Assembly (NCBI RefSeq): GCF_000026545.1
Contig: NC_011601.1
DNA length: 64,000 bases
Reading direction: 5' to 3' (one strand)
Source: Escherichia coli O127:H6 str. E2348/69
GTDB lineage: Bacteria > Pseudomonadota > Gammaproteobacteria > Enterobacterales > Enterobacteriaceae
The stretch's first letter is position 1. Every line of letters starts with the position of its first letter. Positions 58,461 through 64,000 of the stretch are shown one piece after another. The position numbers were made by a program, and so were the translations under genes. Below the pieces are notes generated by a model. That model ran no database searches. It saw only the letters and a program-made list of their open reading frames with translations, and had not been told where the DNA came from.

Positions 58461-58649
58461 CAGGGACATCCTTTTATCATCGGGAATACGAAAGAAAAGG
58501 GAGAATAAACGTCTTACTTATAGAACAGTGAAGAATGCCACAATTTTACGCTTTGAAAATGATGACACTATCACAGTTGGCGCATTCATTAACGATAGGG
58601 TATAAGTAAAACAATAAGTTAACACCGCTCACAGAGACGAGGTGGAGAA

Positions 58650-59390
58650 ATGTTAGATCAAGTATGCCAGCTTGCACGGAATGCAGGCGATGCCATTATG
58701 CAGGTCTACGACGGGACGAAACCGATGGACGTCGTCAGCAAAGCGGACAATTCTCCGGTAACGGCAGCGGATATTGCCGCACATACCGTTATCATGGACG
58801 GTTTACGTACGCTGACACCGGATATTCCGGTCCTTTCTGAAGAAGATCCTCCCGGTTGGGAAGTCCGTCAGCACTGGCAGCGTTACTGGCTGGTAGACCC
58901 GCTGGATGGTACTAAAGAGTTTATTAAACGTAATGGCGAATTCACCGTTAACATTGCGCTCATCGACCACGGCAAACCGATTTTAGGTGTGGTGTATGCG
59001 CCGGTAATGAACGTAATGTACAGCGCGGCAGAAGGCAAAGCCTGGAAAGAAGAGTGCGGTGTGCGCAAGCAGATTCAGGTCCGCGATGCGCGCCCGCCGC
59101 TGGTGGTGATCAGCCGTTCCCATGCAGATGCGGAGCTGAAAGAGTATCTGCAACAGCTTGGCGAACATCAGACCACGTCCATCGGCTCTTCGCTGAAATT
59201 CTGCCTGGTGGCGGAAGGACAGGCGCAGCTGTACCCGCGTTTCGGGCCAACCAATATTTGGGATACCGCCGCTGGTCATGCTGTGGCTGCAGCTGCCGGA
59301 GCGCACGTTCACGACTGGCAGGGTAAACCGCTGGATTACACTCCGCGCGAGTCGTTCCTGAATCCGGGGTTCAGAGTGTCTATTTATTAA
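58650..59390 (+). CDS. cysQ: 3'(2'),5'-bisphosphate nucleotidase CysQ
   Basis: 246-aa inositol-monophosphatase-fold ORF (WLVDPLDGT motif). Confidence 0.94.
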   Translation: MLDQVCQLARNAGDAIMQVYDGTKPMDVVSKADNSPVTAADIAAHTVIMDGLRTLTPDIPVLSEEDPPGWEVRQHWQRYWLVDPLDGTKEFIKRNGEFTVNIALIDHGKPILGVVYAPVMNVMYSAAEGKAWKEECGVRKQIQVRDARPPLVVISRSHADAELKEYLQQLGEHQTTSIGSSLKFCLVAEGQAQLYPRFGPTNIWDTAAGHAVAAAAGAHVHDWQGKPLDYTPRESFLNPGFRVSIY

Positions 59391-59937
59391 TTAATTTATG
59401 CAGCAGGTCCATCACTTGCTGCACCTCTTCCTGAGTAAGCGCCCCGTCTTTGGCCCATTGCACGCGACCGTCTTTATCCAGCACCACTACAGCAGAACTT
59501 TTTTCATCCAGCTGCCAGGCACCGCGTGCGACGCCATTGCTATCAACAATAAACTGCGACCAGGGATAAAGCTTTTTATTACTCTCCAGACTGCTGCGCA
59601 CAAACATCCCTGAACCCGGAATCGCGTCGTCGGTGTTAACAATGGTAGTGGTCTGGTAACGATCGTGCGGTAACTTCGCTGATTTAATCGCTTCAATCAG
59701 CGTCGCGTTTTTCTCTTTTGCAGAGGTGCGACCAGCAATATGTTGCAGTACTCGCACTTTTCCCACTAACTGCGCACTGTTCCAGGTTTTGTAGCTAAAC
59801 TGATCTTTATCAAGCACCAACTCGCCACGATCGGTGATGCCAATCGGCGGCACTCGCTGACCGGTTTCGAACTGATGTGCGGAAGCCATCATCGGCAACA
59901 GCAGGCAGGTGAGTGCCAGAATCTTGCGTAGGGTCAT
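59380..59937 (-). CDS. ytfJ: Periplasmic protein YtfJ (DUF1107)
   Basis: 185-aa ORF with signal peptide [20 protein letters not shown]; 3' end overlaps cysQ 3' end by 11 nt. Confidence 0.85.
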   Translation of the reverse strand: MTLRKILALTCLLLPMMASAHQFETGQRVPPIGITDRGELVLDKDQFSYKTWNSAQLVGKVRVLQHIAGRTSAKEKNATLIEAIKSAKLPHDRYQTTTIVNTDDAIPGSGMFVRSSLESNKKLYPWSQFIVDSNGVARGAWQLDEKSSAVVVLDKDGRVQWAKDGALTQEEVQQVMDLLHKLINK

Positions 59938-60261
59938 GGTGTTTCCTTCTTATGATATGCAGGTGATCCGACCACTTGGGTCTGAGTTTTAATCATATGT
60001 GCTATTTATCGAATTTCCCGCAAGTGTGATGCCAGTTTGCGGTCAAGCGCACAAATCATATGAAAAATGAATGCTTATACTGAAGACCGCGCTTCGGTAA
60101 AAAGATAATTCTGAATAATTGTAACCTTTAGGTAAAAAAAGTTATACGCGGTGGAAACATTGCCCGGATAGTCTATAGTCACTAGGCATTAAAATTTGCG
60201 CCTCATAATCGTTGGGCCGATTGTGGCACCGCAAAGGCGTAATACTCAGCAGGAGATAACA

Positions 60262-60468
60262 ATGAAAATTTTCCAACGGTACAACCCACTTCAGGTGGCG
60301 AAGTACGTAAAGATCCTGTTCCGTGGACGGTTATACATCAAGGACGTTGGCGCTTTTGAATTTGATAAGGGTAAGATTCTTATCCCAAAAGTGAAGGATA
60401 AGCTGCATTTGTCAGTGATGTCCGAAGTTAACCGTCAGGTTATGCGTCTGCAAACAGAGATGGCTTAA
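60262..60468 (+). CDS. ytfK: Small protein YtfK (DUF1107)
   Basis: ORF 60196..60468; start at [20 protein letters not shown] (68 aa). Confidence 0.85.
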
Positions 60469-60470
60469 CC

Positions 60471-60504
60471 AAAGTGCTATGCAGTAAAAAGTGCTATGCA
60501 GTAA
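60471..60504. repeat. Perfect 17-bp tandem direct repeat (2 copies) immediately after ytfK
   Basis: AAAGTGCTATGCAGTAA at 60471-60487 and 60488-60504, followed by hairpin ACGGCTCC-tgattcg-GGAGCCGT (60509-60530). Confidence 0.9.
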
Positions 60505-60545
60505 TAAGACGGCTCCTGATTCGGGAGCCGTTGATGTTTCTGGGG

Positions 60546-61889
60546 TTACGCGACGCTTTCTTCTTTATCTTTAGCGTCAGGCAGTTTTGGCGAAAGGGCG
60601 GTGGCCTTGCTGTCGATTCGGGTCACCAGCAGCTGGTCGATGCGGTAGTTATCGATATCCACCACTTCAAATTTGTAGCCGGCGAATTTCACCGAATCGG
60701 TGCGTTTCGGGATCTTACGCAGCATAAACATCATAAAGCCGCCGATGGTTTCGTAGTTGCCCGACTGCGGGAACTCGTCAATATCCAGCACGCGCATGAC
60801 GTCGTCAATCGGAGTGCCGCCGTCTATCAGCCATGAGTTCTCATCACGGGCGACAATCTGCTCTTCCAGCCCCTGACCGACCAGATCGCCCATCAGCGTG
60901 GTCATCACGTCGTTGAGGGTGATGATCCCCACTACCAGTGCGTACTCATTCATGATCACCGCGAAGTCTTCACCTGCGGTTTTAAAACTTTCCAACGCCT
61001 CTGAAAGGGTTAACGTATCCGGCACAATCAGCGTATTGCGAATTTGTACGCCGCTGTTCAGTGCCAGGCTTTGGTTAGCCAGCACGCGGTTCAGCAGGTC
61101 TTTAGAATCGACATAGCCGATGATGTGGTCAATATCTTCATTACAGACGAGAAACTTAGAGTGCGGATGTTCCGCCACCTTATTCTTCAGACTTTGCTCA
61201 TCTTCGTGGAGATCAAACCAAATCACGTTTTCACGCGGTGTCATTGAAGACGGAACGGTACGGGATTCCAGCTCAAAGACGTTTTCAATCAGCTCGTGTT
61301 CCTGTTTACGTAACACGCCCGCCAGCGCACCGGCTTCCACTACCGCGTAGATATCATCAGAAGTGATGTCATCTTTACGTACCATTGGCAGTTTGAAAAT
61401 ACGGAAGATTATGTTCGCCAGTCCGTTGAAGAACCACACCAGCGGGGTGCAAACGTACAGGCAGAAGCGCATCGGGTTGATGATACGCAAAGCCACAGCT
61501 TCTGGCGCAATCATACCGATGCGTTTCGGGGTTAAATCCGCAAACAGGATAAACATGCCAGTCACTAACGAGAAAGAGAGAATAAAGCTCAGTTGCTCAG
61601 AGAGTTCTGCCGACATATAGCGGGAGAACAGGCTGTGAAAAGCTGGAGAAAATGCCGCATCACCGACGATACCGCCGAGAATCGCCACTGCGTTCAGACC
61701 GATTTGGACCACGGTAAAGAACATGCCGGGATTTTCCTGCATATTCAGAACGCGTTGGGCATTTATATTGCCTTCATCAGCCAGCAGTTTAAGTTTGATT
61801 TTGCGTGAGGCGGCAAGCGAGATCTCGGACATCGAGAAGAACGCACTTACAGCGATCAAACAGAGTATGACTAAAATACTGTTTAACAT
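60546..61889 (-). CDS. ytfL: CNNM/CorC-family inner-membrane protein YtfL (DUF21-CBS-CorC_HlyC)
   Basis: 447-aa ORF with N-terminal TM domain, CBS pair and CorC_HlyC C-terminus. Confidence 0.9.
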   Translation of the reverse strand: MLNSILVILCLIAVSAFFSMSEISLAASRKIKLKLLADEGNINAQRVLNMQENPGMFFTVVQIGLNAVAILGGIVGDAAFSPAFHSLFSRYMSAELSEQLSFILSFSLVTGMFILFADLTPKRIGMIAPEAVALRIINPMRFCLYVCTPLVWFFNGLANIIFRIFKLPMVRKDDITSDDIYAVVEAGALAGVLRKQEHELIENVFELESRTVPSSMTPRENVIWFDLHEDEQSLKNKVAEHPHSKFLVCNEDIDHIIGYVDSKDLLNRVLANQSLALNSGVQIRNTLIVPDTLTLSEALESFKTAGEDFAVIMNEYALVVGIITLNDVMTTLMGDLVGQGLEEQIVARDENSWLIDGGTPIDDVMRVLDIDEFPQSGNYETIGGFMMFMLRKIPKRTDSVKFAGYKFEVVDIDNYRIDQLLVTRIDSKATALSPKLPDAKDKEESVA

Positions 61890-62065
61890 ATCTTATCCGA
61901 CCTTTCAGGCCAGATCCTCGGAAGGGGAAGTTGATTAATTTGTGTGAAATACACATTGAAAGCCGATTCGAAGAAAGTGAACCGGCATTTTCAGTGGCTA
62001 GTATAGCGTAAGGTACTGTAAAGCCGCCAGAGGGTTAAAATTCAGACAGCTGAAAAATGAAAAAC

Positions 62066-62168
62066 TGCCTGATGCGCTATGCCGAACAGGCCTACGCAGT
62101 CCCCACAATATATTGAATTTGGACGATTTTGTAGGCCTGGCAAGGCGTTTACGCCGTATCCGGCATAA
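62066..62168. repeat. REP elements (BIME-like) between msrA and ytfL
   Basis: TGCCTGATGCGCTATGCCGAACAGGCCTAC and GTAGGCCTGGCAAGGCGTTTACGCCGTATCCGGCA palindromic units. Confidence 0.7.
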
Positions 62169-62211
62169 ACAAAATGCACTTTATCAACAATCTACATTTG
62201 TACCCGTAACG

Positions 62212-62850
62212 CTATGCTTCCGGCGGCAGACAGACGCCAATTCCGCCAATTCCACAGTAACCATACGGGTTTTTATGCAGATATTGCTGGTGGTCATCTT
62301 CGGCATAATAAAACGGTGTGGCGTTAGCGATTTCCGTGGTGATGCGACGATCGTCATCGGCGGCAAGCATCGCCGCCTGAAAACGTTCCAGACTGGCGCG
62401 AGCGGCGGCATCCTGTTCTGGGGTCAGCGGATAAATCGCTGAACGATACTGCGTGCCGTGGTCATTGCCCTGACGCATTCCCTGGGCGGGATCGTGATTC
62501 TCCCAAAATACCTGTAGCAACTGCTCATAGCTGATGACGGAAGGATCGTAAACAATGCGTACCGCTTCGGCATGACCAGTATCACCGGAGCACACTTCCC
62601 GATAAGTCGGATTTGGCGTATAGCCGCCGGTATAACCTGCGGCGGTGCTGTAAACGCCGTGTAACTGCCAGAACAGACGCTCCACACCCCAGAAACAACC
62701 CATCGCAAAAATGGCAATCTCCATTCCGTCAGGTACATTGGTCATTGAGTGACCGTTAACCGCATGCAGCGTGGCTACGGGCATCGGGGTGTTACGTCCA
62801 GGCAGGGCATCGGCGGGGGAAACCAGATGCTTTTTATCAAATAAACTCAT
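62212..62850 (-). CDS. msrA: Peptide methionine sulfoxide reductase MsrA
   Basis: ORF 62212..62916; start at [19 protein letters not shown]; catalytic GCFWG motif. Confidence 0.93.
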   Translation of the reverse strand: MSLFDKKHLVSPADALPGRNTPMPVATLHAVNGHSMTNVPDGMEIAIFAMGCFWGVERLFWQLHGVYSTAAGYTGGYTPNPTYREVCSGDTGHAEAVRIVYDPSVISYEQLLQVFWENHDPAQGMRQGNDHGTQYRSAIYPLTPEQDAAARASLERFQAAMLAADDDRRITTEIANATPFYYAEDDHQQYLHKNPYGYCGIGGIGVCLPPEA

Positions 62851-63013
62851 GGTGTCGCTCTCCCGAAAATCGGTCATTGGGGTTAAGGTTGTAACAAGAG
62901 GCGTATTTGCACACAATAACCACCGTGAATAGGTCTAAAGTAAAACATAAGAAATATTTGGGGTTTAGTCTGCTTTTTAATCCATATTACTGGATTTTTG
63001 TTAAGCCGTTTAA

Positions 63014-64000
<987 letters not shown>

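Overview
This window is an Escherichia coli-type chromosomal segment (roughly the 94-96 min region) that I recognised gene by gene by reading the supplied translations; no database search was run, and start codons were adjusted from the ORF track by recalled protein N-termini. Backbone order: mscM(partial)-psd-rsgA / orn / glyV-glyX-glyY tRNAs / datA-like DnaA-box cluster / queG / nnr-tsaE-amiB-mutL-miaA-hfq-hflX-hflK-hflC / yjeT / purA / nsrR-rnr-rlmB / yjfI-J-K-L-M-C / aidB / yjfN, bsmA / yjfP / ulaR, ulaG / ulaABCDEF / yjfY / rpsF-priB-rpsR-rplI / ytfB / fklB / cycA / ytfE, ytfF, qorB / ytfH / cpdB / cysQ / ytfJ / ytfK / ytfL, msrA / tamA(partial). Two accessory insertions interrupt it. (1) A ~10.5 kb island between rplI and ytfB (about 37.9-48.4 kb) carries a HipB-like HTH gene followed by a HipA-family Ser/Thr kinase encoded as two overlapping ORFs (HipS-like N-terminal piece plus HipT-like kinase core), then a convergent catabolic operon (ACS-type MFS transporter, 690-aa FAD flavoprotein, family-I CoA-transferase, enoyl-CoA hydratase, TIM-barrel sugar-phosphate isomerase/epimerase-like protein, SDR) with a divergent TetR regulator. 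(2) A complete IS50-like (IS4 family) element with terminal inverted repeats and flanking direct repeats sits between fklB and cycA; its transposase is interrupted by an in-frame TGA. The most interesting candidate is the HipB/split-HipA kinase module, which differs in split point from the described E. coli O127 HipBST system and may be an undescribed tripartite kinase toxin-antitoxin variant or a frameshifted hipA homologue. No CRISPR array, rRNA or prophage integrase was seen.
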